Assembly: GCA_048213135.1 (NCBI GenBank)
Contig: PS015249.1
Coordinates: forward strand, 26,747-90,746
Source: Reclinomonas americana ATCC 50394
Lineage: Eukaryota
Length of the DNA: 64,000 nt
Direction of reading: 5' to 3'
The stretch's first letter is position 1. Each line of letters starts with the position of its first letter. The notes under the pieces are model-generated. The model was not told the DNA's origin. It searched no databases and was given only the letters and a program-made list of their open reading frames with translations. The translations under genes were made by a program, and so were the position numbers. This document shows, piece by piece, positions 50,501-61,575 of this stretch.

Positions 50501-53500
50501 AGAGAAGGATGTCGCCAACAAGGCTGTAACTACCACCGACATTGTGGTGGCTCTCAAGTCGGGTGATGAGACAGCGGCGGCGGGAGTTGCGATCGGCGAC
50601 GATGAAACGGAGGCCGACTGGGAGTGCCCGTGGGATGGTTCGCTGACGCATTTGAGTGCGTTTCTTTGTTGTTCGTGTCGCGTGTGCTCATGTGCTGGCA
50701 CTTGTGCTGCGCAGAAATGTCAATGACAACACCGCGAGTGGGACCCCAAAAGGCGCTCACATCGGTAGACATGATGTCCGACGGTAGCACGCCAACCTCG
50801 GCCCGCGGACGCCGACCATCTGCTGTCCCTTCCCTCCCCTTGTCAGCTGCTCCTGCGTCCCCGCGCCTGGCGGTGACGCGGTCGGCCTTGTCACCACGCA
50901 CTCGCACACCGCGTCTCATGTCTCCGCGTGCGCTTTCCGCACGTCCGGGCACGGCACGCAGCGATCGTCTGGTCCGCATTGCCGAGGATGACGCGATTTA
51001 CACGGGTGGTGCGTACTGTTTTTGCCTTGACTCTATATGGTGTGTTGCTGCTGACAATGTTTCTCTACGTCGCAGGTCTGAGTGCTCGGCCCCTGGTGCA
51101 ACCCGTGTCCGACGACAACGCCGCCCCGCTCACCGCCCGCAGTCGTCCAGGTAACTGTTCTCACACTGAAACCGACACAGCTCTACATCGCACCCTGTCT
51201 GACCTTGCAATACACAGCTCTCGAGTCGTCCCGCTCGCTGACGGAGCTGCCTGGTCAGTGCATTCACTTGCTTGGTTTGATCCTGTACGAGATCACGTCC
51301 TGACTGAGTGTTTGTCGCAGTCCACGGATCTATGGCTGCTGGTGTCGCGCTTGACGACGGGCCACTGTCGCCCTTCTCTGCCAATAGCGATGTCGTCATG
51401 CTTCCAAAGTCTCGCGCCGATGATGAGGATGCTGGGTCGGAGAGTGCTGGTGCGTTTATGCGTTTTGATGGCTCTCGCGTGAGCTTCGATGACACTGAAA
51501 AATACCCTTTCCTGCGTGTAGATTACATGTCGGCCGCGAGTGCGCGGTACAGTGAGAGACTGTTGGCGCGTGTCACCACTCCACGCCCGCGTCCGCCGGC
51601 GGAGAGCGATTCACGTACCGTCAGCGCGCGAGGTAACGTGTTTTTCACTCGGTTTGGAGGGTGTGTCGCTGAGCTCACCCTCGATGCGCACGACAGGTCC
51701 TTCGCGCTCTGCTGCCTCTGCAGGTTGGTGGTGGTGATGTTGCATGTTGAGGGCAGGTACAAGAGATCTAACATCTCGTGTGCTCTCCGCCCGCAGCGGC
51801 TGCTGGTTCGATGGACACAGCGCGCAGTTTGGCGTGCGTTGACGAGTTGGTGGAAACACCCAAAGGTTTTTCCAGTCTACAATCCGTGCTCTTGTTCACA
51901 TGGTTGCTCACGCACACGTCGGCAGAATCGAGCAAGGCAGAGTTGGACAAGAAGCTCAAAGCGGCCGCAGTGGTGAAGGACGCGCAGGTCGTATCGCTGC
52001 CAGGTATGCATACGCGAGGTCGTCACTGCTCAAAGTGAGGCATCCGTTCTCACCACCGTGCGTTATTCATTCATGCAGACGAAGAAAAGGCGGCACTCCG
52101 TCGGCATCTGGCTGCATTGGCGCGCTTCCGCGGATGCGTGATGAAAGTCATTGAGTATCAGCGGTCGCGACCACTGCACGCCAAGATTGGTCACAAGATG
52201 ACGCACCTGTTCATGTTTGATCACAGGTTTGTCTCGCTTCGAACCTCCATAGTGTGCTTATGGAGTGTTGTTTATTCCTCACTGAAATATAACGCAGCTG
52301 GTTCCGTGCCTTCTTCGGCAGCAAGTCCGACAACTTCCGCAAGACGCAGAAAGTCACTGTGCTGTACGGTGCGCCATTACACTGACCACTCGCTCGCTCC
52401 TGGTGTTGTCTGCTACTTACTGTATTGACGGTGTGTAGTGCTTTTCGCGATGCTGCTCTGGTTGAACGCTGTCTTTGCGGACCAGGGCGACTTTAGTGAG
52501 GGTACAAGATTCATCCAGGGTGCGTCTCTTTCTTCCCGATGTAGATTGACTGGCTGTGTTTTCGACTCACATGCATGTTATTGCACAGAGACCATTATTG
52601 GCTTCTACACTGGTCTGCTGTTGTCGACTCTGATTTCGATTGTATTGTGCTCATGGACTCACTTTGCTTGCTCCCAGGCATCATCATTTTCCCGATTGTG
52701 TTCACCATTGCCTTTTTGTTTGCCCGCAAACCACGCGTTGCGTCCCACTTTCTTTTGCACACGTGAAACACAATTGTCGATTTGCTTATCTGTGCGCGTG
52801 GCAGTTCCCGTGGCGCGACACGTGGTTCGAGCGCGGAGCTCTCGAGCGTGCCTGGTCTTGTCGCCTGGAGGAGTTGGTCGACGAAAGGTGATGTGCATGT
52901 GCGCCTATTTGTGTCTCATGCGTCGCCGCACTCTGAGCTCATCTTGTACTTTAATATCACTGCACAGACATGCTGTCCGAAGGTGAGACTCCTGCCGTGG
53001 CGTGTGTCGTGCTCTTTTACTGACATTATTTCCACAATACAGCACAACGATCAGCGTCTACGATGTGGAGTCTGCGCAACGTCATCTGCACCGACGCCAC
53101 CACCATCACCACCACGGCCAGCAGGAGCCAAAACCGCTGGCTGGTTTCGAACCGCCACCCGGCCTGCAAAAGTACTTTGGTTCCACTGCTGGTGTTGACA
53201 TCGAGACCCCGAAGGAGACTGATGCGGGTCCCGAGAAGCCGACCCCAGGCAGAGCTGACGCCGACTCGTCTTCGTCAGTGTCCTCCCCGCCGACGGCTGC
53301 CGCTCCAGTTGCGTCTTGTCATTCCAATTACTGTCACGTTGGTGTGATGTCACCTCATCTCTCTATTCTCTGCTACACGCAGCCCCTGTTCTCGCCGATC
53401 ATGTCGAGACGGCGGCGCAGTAGCGATATCTCCATCCACAGTCCGTCCTCGCACCGCACCAACGACAGCTCGCCGTGTTCGGTGCCCGAGAATGTGGAGG

Positions 53501-56211
53501 CCAAGCACATGGCGTGGTCGCTGCTGCCGATGCATCCGCTGGCCGCCTTTTTGGTGTTTATCGAACGCATGGTTTGTCGTTCTTCGCGCACACAACGTAC
53601 GTCGCAGTGGCAGAAATAATAATGAGTTGCTTGAATCAGGAGGAGAAACCGTCCGGTCGGGTCGAGTTGCGCAGTCTGCAACACGCATTCATCGAGTGGA
53701 TTTCGGACAGCAACCGCACGATTCCTCTCTACGAATACGAGGCGGCGTGGAGGGCCAATGTGCAGCGTGATGCAGGTTCGAGACGAGTTGTTTCTGATTT
53801 TTGTTGCGCTACTGTGACTCGCTCACTCACTCTTGTTGTGACCGCAGTGCAATTTGAGGCCTTCAAGCAACACCTGTTGTCGCGCTACGACATTGTGTTG
53901 GTGGAGGGTCTCGTCCCCGCTCTGTTCGATGGGGCACGCCGGCCGCGCCCCTTCACTCGTTCTGGAGTGACGAAGGGCAAGGATTCTTTCGCCGCCGACA
54001 CAGACGATGGGCAAGACGATGATCTGGGTGACGACGACGGTCCCGGTTTCGACGACGACCTGTCGTCCATGAGCCCTCCTTCGGCTTCGATGGCAGCACT
54101 GGGTGAGTGGAGGAAGAGAGAGTCACACCCGCGTCACGACAGGAGATTGACATCACGCTTTTGCTCCCCTTCGCGCAGTGCTTGCCTCCGACGTTCCGCA
54201 TCTTGAGCTGCCGCACAAGCGCGCATCGCCGCCGCCGCTTCCGTCGCAGAATCCGCCGCCTCTGGTGGGTTCTGGTGTCGTTTCATCCGGCTTGACGCCG
54301 CGCCTGCGCAAATCACGCAGCGATCAGCAGCTGCTGTCGAGTGTGAACGAGTCGTCTTCGACCCCGCGTCGCCAGCTTGGCGACGCGGCAGGTGTCGTGA
54401 TGGGCGCGAGTCGCAAGACACGCCGTGTTGGCTGGGAGGACGACGGCCCACCTCTCGTCATTCACACTGTCGATGCCAATGCACGTTTCGGAGAGTTCCC
54501 GTGGCCCGGCAGTCCCCAGTCCAGCATTGCCGACACACCTTCTGGTGTGCCGTTGCTGAACGCGCCGACCACCCCGACACCCTTCTCCTCCTCCTCCAGC
54601 ACCACCCCGGGTGGACCCGCAGAGACCACATACGGTCGCCTCCGGTGGGAGGACGATCCGGATGCGATGTTTGTGGGCCCCGATGGCGATGCCGATGAGC
54701 GTGACGGGCCAACGCTGCAGAATGTGCTCGATTCGACTGCCTTGTTGCCGTCGACCATTGTGCTCCGTCCGGGCGTTGCGTTGCTCATTGATTCTGCGAC
54801 CGAGTCACTCTTTGATTCGTGTGCCTGACTTGTGGCTGTTGTGCGCAGGTGTATTGGCCATTTACTGTTCCACTGTCGGCCAAGACGCGCACGGGCCGGC
54901 TCACCATTGCCGCCGAAGTGCCACGTCATACGGTTTGTGTGGCCAAGGGGTTGGATATAGCGGAAGATGAAGAAGAGGGCTGCCTGCTCACCTGCTGTGC
55001 ACGTCAGATTATTCGAGATCGGCCTGTGCAACACGATACGTTTATCGACGTGCCAGATATTGCGCTCCCGGTGACGCTGGTTTGTGTATATCGGTCGGCG
55101 TGCTCGCCGCCTCTTCATTTCCTCACCACCGTGGAAACTGTGCAGGATCTGGTGAAGCTCGCCGATGTGTCGGTGGAGATGTCGTTGGATCGCATCGAGA
55201 TTGCCGGCTTGGTGCTTGACTCGGACGAAGCGAGTGTGCATTTCACCGAGGGTGTTGGCGCCCCCGAGGTCAGTCCATTGGAAGTGATATTAATGTGTGC
55301 GTGTGTCTGTCTGCCTCGCACTCGCACTCACATTTTTGACCACCCAGGGCTTTGTGGAGCTGCTGCTGCTCGACAACGCTTTTTGCCGCCCATCCAATGT
55401 GCTGGGCGCGCCTTGCGTGGAGCGGCACGATCGAGTGCGCGTGGTGCAGAATCTGGCCATTTTTGCCGGCGAATGGCACCCGGCCAAGCATCTGGCGGTG
55501 GTGCAGGATGAGCGTGAGGATGTGTTGCGTGCCTTTGCTCGTGACATGGGTGTGTCGGCGGACGCGATGGACGAGAAGTCGACTGTGGAGTTTATTGACA
55601 CGCAACTGAGGTGCGTTGCCTGTCGTCGATTGCTTGTGGAGGAGTCGAGTGCTCACTTCACCGCCATTGTGCAGTGAGAAACTGAGTATTGCCGTGGACA
55701 AGAAGAAACCCCGTGGCTGCTGGGGACGTTTCTTGCAACGATTCAGAGGTGTGTTTGGGGTGCAAGCTGAATCGCGTCTTGGTGCTCACCGTGCTTCCGC
55801 GGAACAGATCGCACACTGCCGTACGTCATGACCTACGTGCTGTATGCCATCTCGTGGGGCATTGGTCTCTTCGCGTCCTACATGACGCTGCTGACGTGCG
55901 CCAACTTGATGGAGACCAACGGCCAGTTCTCAGTGCTGAAGGCCACGGTATGTGTGCATCGTCATACAAGGCACTCTTTTCATGTCGTTTACAACATGGA
56001 CACAGGTTATTGCGGCTCTGGAGGACGGGCTCATCAACGAACCGGTGAGTGTGTGTGCGCGCGCGAGGTGTTTTGGTGCGTGTGTGCTCACACATGTGGT
56101 TCTGCCTGGGTGCAGCTCAAAATCCTTACGCTCGGCCTCTTCTCCTGCTGCGCTTGCCTCGACTGGATCTCCACCGACGGCATCCGTGCATTGACGGGTG
56201 GCGCGTTCTAA
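32852..56211 (+). CDS. Giant polycystin-1-like (PKD1/REJ-GPS) membrane receptor with NHL repeats and a long tandem beta-sandwich array
   Basis: NHL repeats (PSGVATDPTGNIYVA; VYVADSGNRVVRRI). Twelve A+B repeats. REJ signature NGPPTVGRITVTPATGEALTTPFTLEATDFKDTDLPLAYTFFY. GPS CKFWAPTDGEWSADGC...CACNHFTDF. TM1 WIFACILLINIIYVVLWIVMY. PKD1-like HSWFRAFF...FRKTQKVTVLY..LFAMLLWLNAVF and ..LINEPLKIL. Stop TAA at 56209-56211. The start codon (32852) is a guess next to a gap, and the first well-supported exon starts at ~33582. Confidence 0.85.
33582..34935 (+). other. NHL-repeat beta-propeller region of the PKD1-like gene
   Basis: Repeated P-x-G-(V/L)...(Y/F/V)-(V/I)-(A/G)-D-x-x-N/G-x-x-x-R motifs across four exons. 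Confidence 0.85.
35255..46674 (+). repeat. Coding tandem array: leading B domain + 12 x (A+B, ~215 aa) + trailing A domain
   Basis: A: RTLLADTV...FEV...LPF...CxW...CTVxLPxGF...LRARVRTxNNxG. B: SLxVxxxASRVS..DGxAPQFVVxDA...LDPxVCxWS...CRVxGLPxD...LRxRAVSD. Exons start at 36135, 38452, 39163, 39909, 40655, 41357, 42091, 42810, 43560 (double unit), 44931, 45650 and 46345. Confidence 0.95.
49795..49932 (+). other. GPS (GAIN) autoproteolysis motif, predicted cleavage H-F|T
   Basis: CKFW...WSADGC...CACNHFTDFSIDF. The cleavage junction falls between nt 49911 and 49912, shortly before TM1. Confidence 0.9.
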
Positions 56212-56262
56212 TCCCCCACTAAAGAAGTGTAGATACTATGTTTGTTTATTCTTACATCAACT

Positions 56263-58170
56263 TCACCTCGCCGGCTTGCGCTCCTGCAGCGTGAAGCGAC
56301 GCCACTGATTGAGAGTGTGCCAGTCGTGCACCGCGCGACCACGCAGACAGGAGGCTCGAGCCGTCTGCTTCCACTTGTGAAACACAGGTTCGGCACTCAG
56401 CTCCTGCATGCACACTCCGTGATCGAGCACCCACAGCGGTCGCCTGCGTGATGAATGCGGATTCCAGGCGGCCGCCACGGCCGAGAAGGTGGAGCCGGCC
56501 GTGAGTACCAGCTGTGATGGGTGGGGGAGAATGGGAAAGAGAAAGAACAAAAAAAAAAAACAAACAGGATGCGGGGGTGAGCGCAACTTGTTCGGCGCGG
56601 CTGAGAATCACCAACTCGACAAAGGCGTCCATGTAGCCACGCGCCGAGTCGCGGCTGATCGAGTGCGCCGGCAGCAGCACTCTGTCGTGACCAAAGAGCG
56701 TCGGCGCAAGGTCGCGAAATAGTGTGCTGTCGGTGGCCACGAATACGCGCACACGATCGGGATGGTCGAGTGGTAGCTGGTGCCGGCCGAGCCAGTCGAC
56801 GCAGTGACGAAAGGTGGCCAGGTCGGCCAGCGTCAGCTTGTCGCCGTAGTCGCGCTTGCCCTGAGGCGAGGCAAAGGGTGGGGGTGGGGAGAGGGAGGAG
56901 AGAGGGAGAGAGGGAGAGGGAAAGGAAGAGAGAGAAAGGGACAGGGAAAACGAAAAAAGGAGCGATGAAAGGAAGAGAGAGGAGACAAAGAAAGCAAAGG
57001 ATGTGTATATCGCGCAGAAGGAAAAGAAGAGAAGAAAAGAGGCAGGGAGAGGAAGCAGGAGAGGGGAAAGAGAGATGGATTGTGCACGTGCTCTCATGCA
57101 GGAGCGATCAAAGGCATCCAGCCCTGAGTCAAAGCAAGGGAGTGAGAATGAGGGACAGGGAAAGGAAGAGAGAGAGAGAGGAGAGAAAGAAAGCAAAGGA
57201 TATGAGTATCGCGCAGAAAGAAAAGAAAAGTAGGTCGAGGGAAGAAAAGAGGCAGGGAGAGGAAGGAGGAGAGGGACAAGAGAGGATAGGATGTGGGCCA
57301 CGAGTTGCAGATGTGCCCTCACGCAGGAGAACAAGAGGAGCGATGAATGGCGACCTGCAATACTCAAAGAACATGGCAATGAATGTGGAGAGAAAAGGAC
57401 GTGACCCACACTTGCACGTGTGCTTTTCAGTCGGAGAAAGAGGAGCGATAGTAAGCAACTGACCATGGAGTTGGAGCGAACGTGAATGCCGACGAGCGAT
57501 GTGTTTGGCGGCACAGAGGTCGACAGGTACTCGTCGACGCGTTGTCGTATCTGCAGAGCGTAGAGGGTGAGACAGTGATGGAAACAATCGTGGGCAGTGG
57601 GAGAACCGACCTCGGCGCGCACTGCAAAGAGCGAGCGCATCACGTGAAAGAACAAGCGATCGCCGTAGCGCCCAAACACGCGCTGGAACGGGAGGTGGGG
57701 ATTGTGTCGCAGTACCTCGACATGATACTGATCGCCCCACGACACCATCACTCGTCGCTGGTGCGCACTGTCGACCATGCCGTCAGTGTGATCACAATAA
57801 CACGACGGACGACACGGTGAGGGCGTGTACCTCGTTACATCATCGCAGATGAGCTCTGCCAACGCCGCCTCGCCGTAGTAATGCGTATTCAACTCACTCT
57901 GCTCGCTGCGGGAGGGAGGGAACAAGAGAGAGGGAGGAGTGAGGAAACGAGAGTAGAAAGGGGAGGAGTGGGTGATAGCAGAAGGGAGGAGTGCGAATGG
58001 AAGTGAACGGGAGTGAGAGAGGAAGGTGAGAGGGAAGGAAGGAAGCATGAGAAGCCAATGAAGCAAGGCAGGTAGAGGGTTGTGAGAAGCGATGGAGAAC
58101 AGAGACCGAGAGAGTGGAGAGAACGAGAGAGGGTGAGAGGGAGAGAGGAAAGATGAGCCACAGCGCCTTC

Positions 58171-58204
<34 letters not shown>

Positions 58205-58859
58205 CCTTTCCCTTCTGCCACGCAACGTGACATTGTTGAAGAGCACCGGCACGGTCCAATCGATTCCGCTGGCACCCTCCACCGGCTCAAACACCGAGTG
58301 AAAGAAGTGCGTGTGCTCCGTCTCCACTTGCCCCGCCTCCCAGTCAATCTACACAACACACAAGTACATGTCGGCCACGAGCCACGCACGACGAACGCAG
58401 GAGTTGTCTCGTCCCCCATCACACCAGAAACACTCGTCGAGTGAGCACGGCCAACACGAAGCTCGCCACCGCCGCATGAATGCGATTGCCCAAGCCCAGA
58501 TACTCATCGTCACGATGCAACAGCACCGGCACCGACGCGTCACGTGCATCCACTCGCAGTCGCGCGACCATTGATCGATGCCAGTGCGCGTACTCATCAT
58601 CAGCGTCACACATCGCTGCATGATGACACGCACATGCTACGCAGAATCGTCCACACTCATCCACTGACAACGACGATGGCGATGACAGTGACAGATGCGT
58701 TGTATCTCCAGCTGCGATCGCGACGGAGGGGCTTTCTTCTGGTCGCTGCAGTCGGAGAAGAGTGGAGATGGTGATGATGGCAATGATCGTGGATAGAGCG
58801 AGTATGCATAGGCGCCATCTCCACGATGGTGCAAGTGCGAAGGAGGAAGCACTTCGCAT
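56263..58859 (-). CDS. Type II membrane fucosyltransferase-like protein (GT-B; FUT8/NodZ/xyloglucan-fucosyltransferase superfamily)
   Basis: N-terminal anchor LCILALSTIIAIITISTLL. Motifs GLGNRI, LVGIHVRS, VFVATDS and AFVELVILSRAEQLVLTAGSTFSAVAA match the conserved motifs of alpha-2/alpha-6/O-fucosyltransferases. Confidence 0.85.
56990..57275. repeat. Intronic ~200-bp-period duplication in the fucosyltransferase-like gene
   Basis: gaaagcaaaggat.tg...atcgcgcagaa.gaaaagaa...gaagaaaagaggcagggagaggaag occurs near 56990 and 57189. Confidence 0.75.
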
Positions 58860-59338
58860 GCGTTCGTTGGATGGGAAGCGATCGTCCTACACGATGGACC
58901 CGGAACGAAGTCAAGGCGGAAGGTGTGCAAGGAGGCGCAAGATGCGTAGTTGTTCATGCAGCCTCGACAGTGAGGATGACGACAACAGCAGCTTGCAAGC
59001 TTGTTACCTGCAATTGCGACTTCAGATTCGAAGTTGCACATGCAGTCACAAGCTCGTACGTTGCCATTCTCCGCTTACAGTCTCGCTGACCAACCAAGAA
59101 GAAGAGGAGGAGGAGGAGGAGGAGGAAGGCGCATGAGAAAAACACTTCCGAGACAACTTGTGCTTGCGCATGCGTCCTCGTCCAAATCCATCATGCATTT
59201 GCCACTCTCATCCCGCCCCCACTTTACACGCGCATGCGCACCACCACACGTGGTGACAAGTCCTCAGCAACCGCCTCTCTGAGTGTGTCTCGCAAAAGCG
59301 CACAGGTAGAGGCGCGTGTAGACAGCGCAGAAGGCGTC

Positions 59339-61414
59339 ATGGCAGAGGCGAGCGCGAAAGTGACACCAGCGGTCAGTGTGTGTGTGTCTGTCTCTCTCTT
59401 GTGCGTGTGTGTGAGCATGCATTGTGACTTTCATACCTCATGGTCGCCACTGGGAAAGTCAATGAGGAGGCTGTCGGAGGCAGTGGCGCAGGTGCAGCGC
59501 ACACTGGTGGCCAAGATCGAGCAGGCCAAGGAGGACGCCATCTCGCTCCTCGATGAGCGCTTTCATGCGCTCACTGACGAGTGCGCAGAGTCCTTGTCTC
59601 GCACGCAGCAGGTGTGTGTGTACGCGCGCGCGTGTGTGTGTCTACAGTGTCTCACGCGCAGAGAGGAGCAGAAGCTGACGCTGGAGATGACGGCGACTGC
59701 CAATGGCGGAAGCAATGGGAAGGAATCTGTGTCGGCCACGGTGTCTTCGTCCTCTTCTGGAGGCTCCTCCGCGTCCTCCTCTGACGAGGCGCACAAGAAG
59801 GACGATGATGCTGAGGAGCGCGAGGAGCGGCGGCGACGCGGCTTGCGTCGCAAGGAGTTTGTGCCGCGGGAATCGGTCTTGTCGGTCATGCTGCAGGAGG
59901 AGTCGTTCCGCACCATTGCCAACATCGCCATTGCCTCGCTCATTGTCTTTACGCTTTCCGTGCTTATCACCGACTACACGGAGACCGGGCGTCTCATTGA
60001 TACCACGCTCCTGGAGGTTTGCTCCCGGGCACTCGCACCACTCACGAATTGTGATGGCGCTGACGCGTGTGTGTGTTTGCCTGTCGCAGTGGGTGTTGGA
60101 GATGATGCCGACTTTCATGCGCTTCTGGTTGTGCCTCTACCTGGCCTCGTACCTCGTGCTGGTGCTGGCACACAAGGCCGCCACCACCACCGGCTGGCAG
60201 CGGAAGTTGTGGTTGACGACGTACATTGCGTTCCAGTTCTCCACCTTTGTCTCCAGCGCGTTCTTCGTCCTCAACCTGAACTCGCGACCGCCGCTGGCCG
60301 CTGCGCTGCTGGCCGAGCAGGCGCGTCTGTGCATGAAGGTGAGCAGTTTGCAGATTCGCATTGGTTGTTTTCCTATATCTGTGGGTGTGCGTTTTGGAAA
60401 GCCTGACACTGCTGTGTGTGTGTGGCGACGCGTCACAGATGCATGCGTACTTCCGCGAGAAGCTGATGTGGAAGACGATGAAGCACTCGCCGCCGCCAGT
60501 GACGCCGGCAACGTGGCATTACATTGGCTCGGAGATTCGTCTGTACACCTACTTTTTGTGGGTGCCGACGCTCGTCTACCGCTCCAGCTACCCGCGCACG
60601 GCGCGCATCCGCTGGGGTGCCGTCGTGCTGCGCGTGCTGGAGGCGCTGGCCACCATGCACATGACGTTCCTCATCTTCAAGGTGAGTTGTCTTCCTCGCC
60701 ATTGATTCTTCCAGTCCGTGCCGTGACATTTGTGTAGGCCGTGCTGCCGACACTCGGACGGGTGGAGCGCATCACCGATGTCAGCTCGTTCCTGACGACG
60801 TGGTTTGCCCACATGGGCCCTGGCATTGCGCTGATGTTCCTGACGCACTACGTGGTGCTGCACGCGTGGCAGAACCTGTTTGCCGAGCTGACGCGCTTTG
60901 CCGACCGCCAGTTCTACGAGGACTGGTGGAATGCGCGGACGTGGGAGGTGCTTTTTATTTCCTTTGCATTGTCGTGCCGGGTGGTGGTGGAATGGTTCTC
61001 ACGGCGGTAATTTTGCAGGATTTCTACCGCAAGTGGAACGGCCTGGTGCACGACTTTATCAAGGAGTACGTGTATCTCGACCTGCATCTGCTGCTGCACT
61101 GGAAGCGCGCGGTGGCACTGCTGGCGGCCTTTGCCATCTCGGCCATTGTGCACGAGTTCATCATGTCGTTCGTCTTTGGCTACTTCTACCCGATCCTGTT
61201 TGTGCTGTTCGCCGGCCCCGGCGTCATTCTCGTGTGGCTCACTCGTCGCGTGCGCAACCGCTGGTGGAATGTCTTCATGTGGTTGTCGCTGTCGGGCGGC
61301 AACGGCCTCATGATGGTGCTGTACTCGCTCGAGTGGCACGCACACAAGAATCCGCGACCCATTACCGAGTGGTGGCATTCGCTGCTGCCGTACTCGTGGC
61401 GCGCGCTGGTGTAA
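59339..61414 (+). CDS. SOAT1: Sterol O-acyltransferase (ACAT/SOAT, MBOAT family), 7 exons
   Basis: Motifs EQARLCMKMHAY, PTLVYRSSYPRT, WQNLFAELTRFADRQFYEDWWN, FYRKWNGLVHDFIKEYVY, catalytic-His motif SAIVHEF and WNVFMWLSLSGGNGLMMVLYSLEW. Six GT-AG introns. Confidence 0.93.
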
Positions 61415-61575
61415 CTACAGCGCATGGCTCTCTCTCTTTTTCTGTCTCCTCCTGTGTGTGTTTTCGTGCCTGGAGTGACAACCAAGTGCCTGAAAGAAGT
61501 CCAATTGAAGCACTGCTCTCTCGAAAACAACAGCAACAACCTTGGTCTATTTGAACTATTATCAAGAGCACCGGC

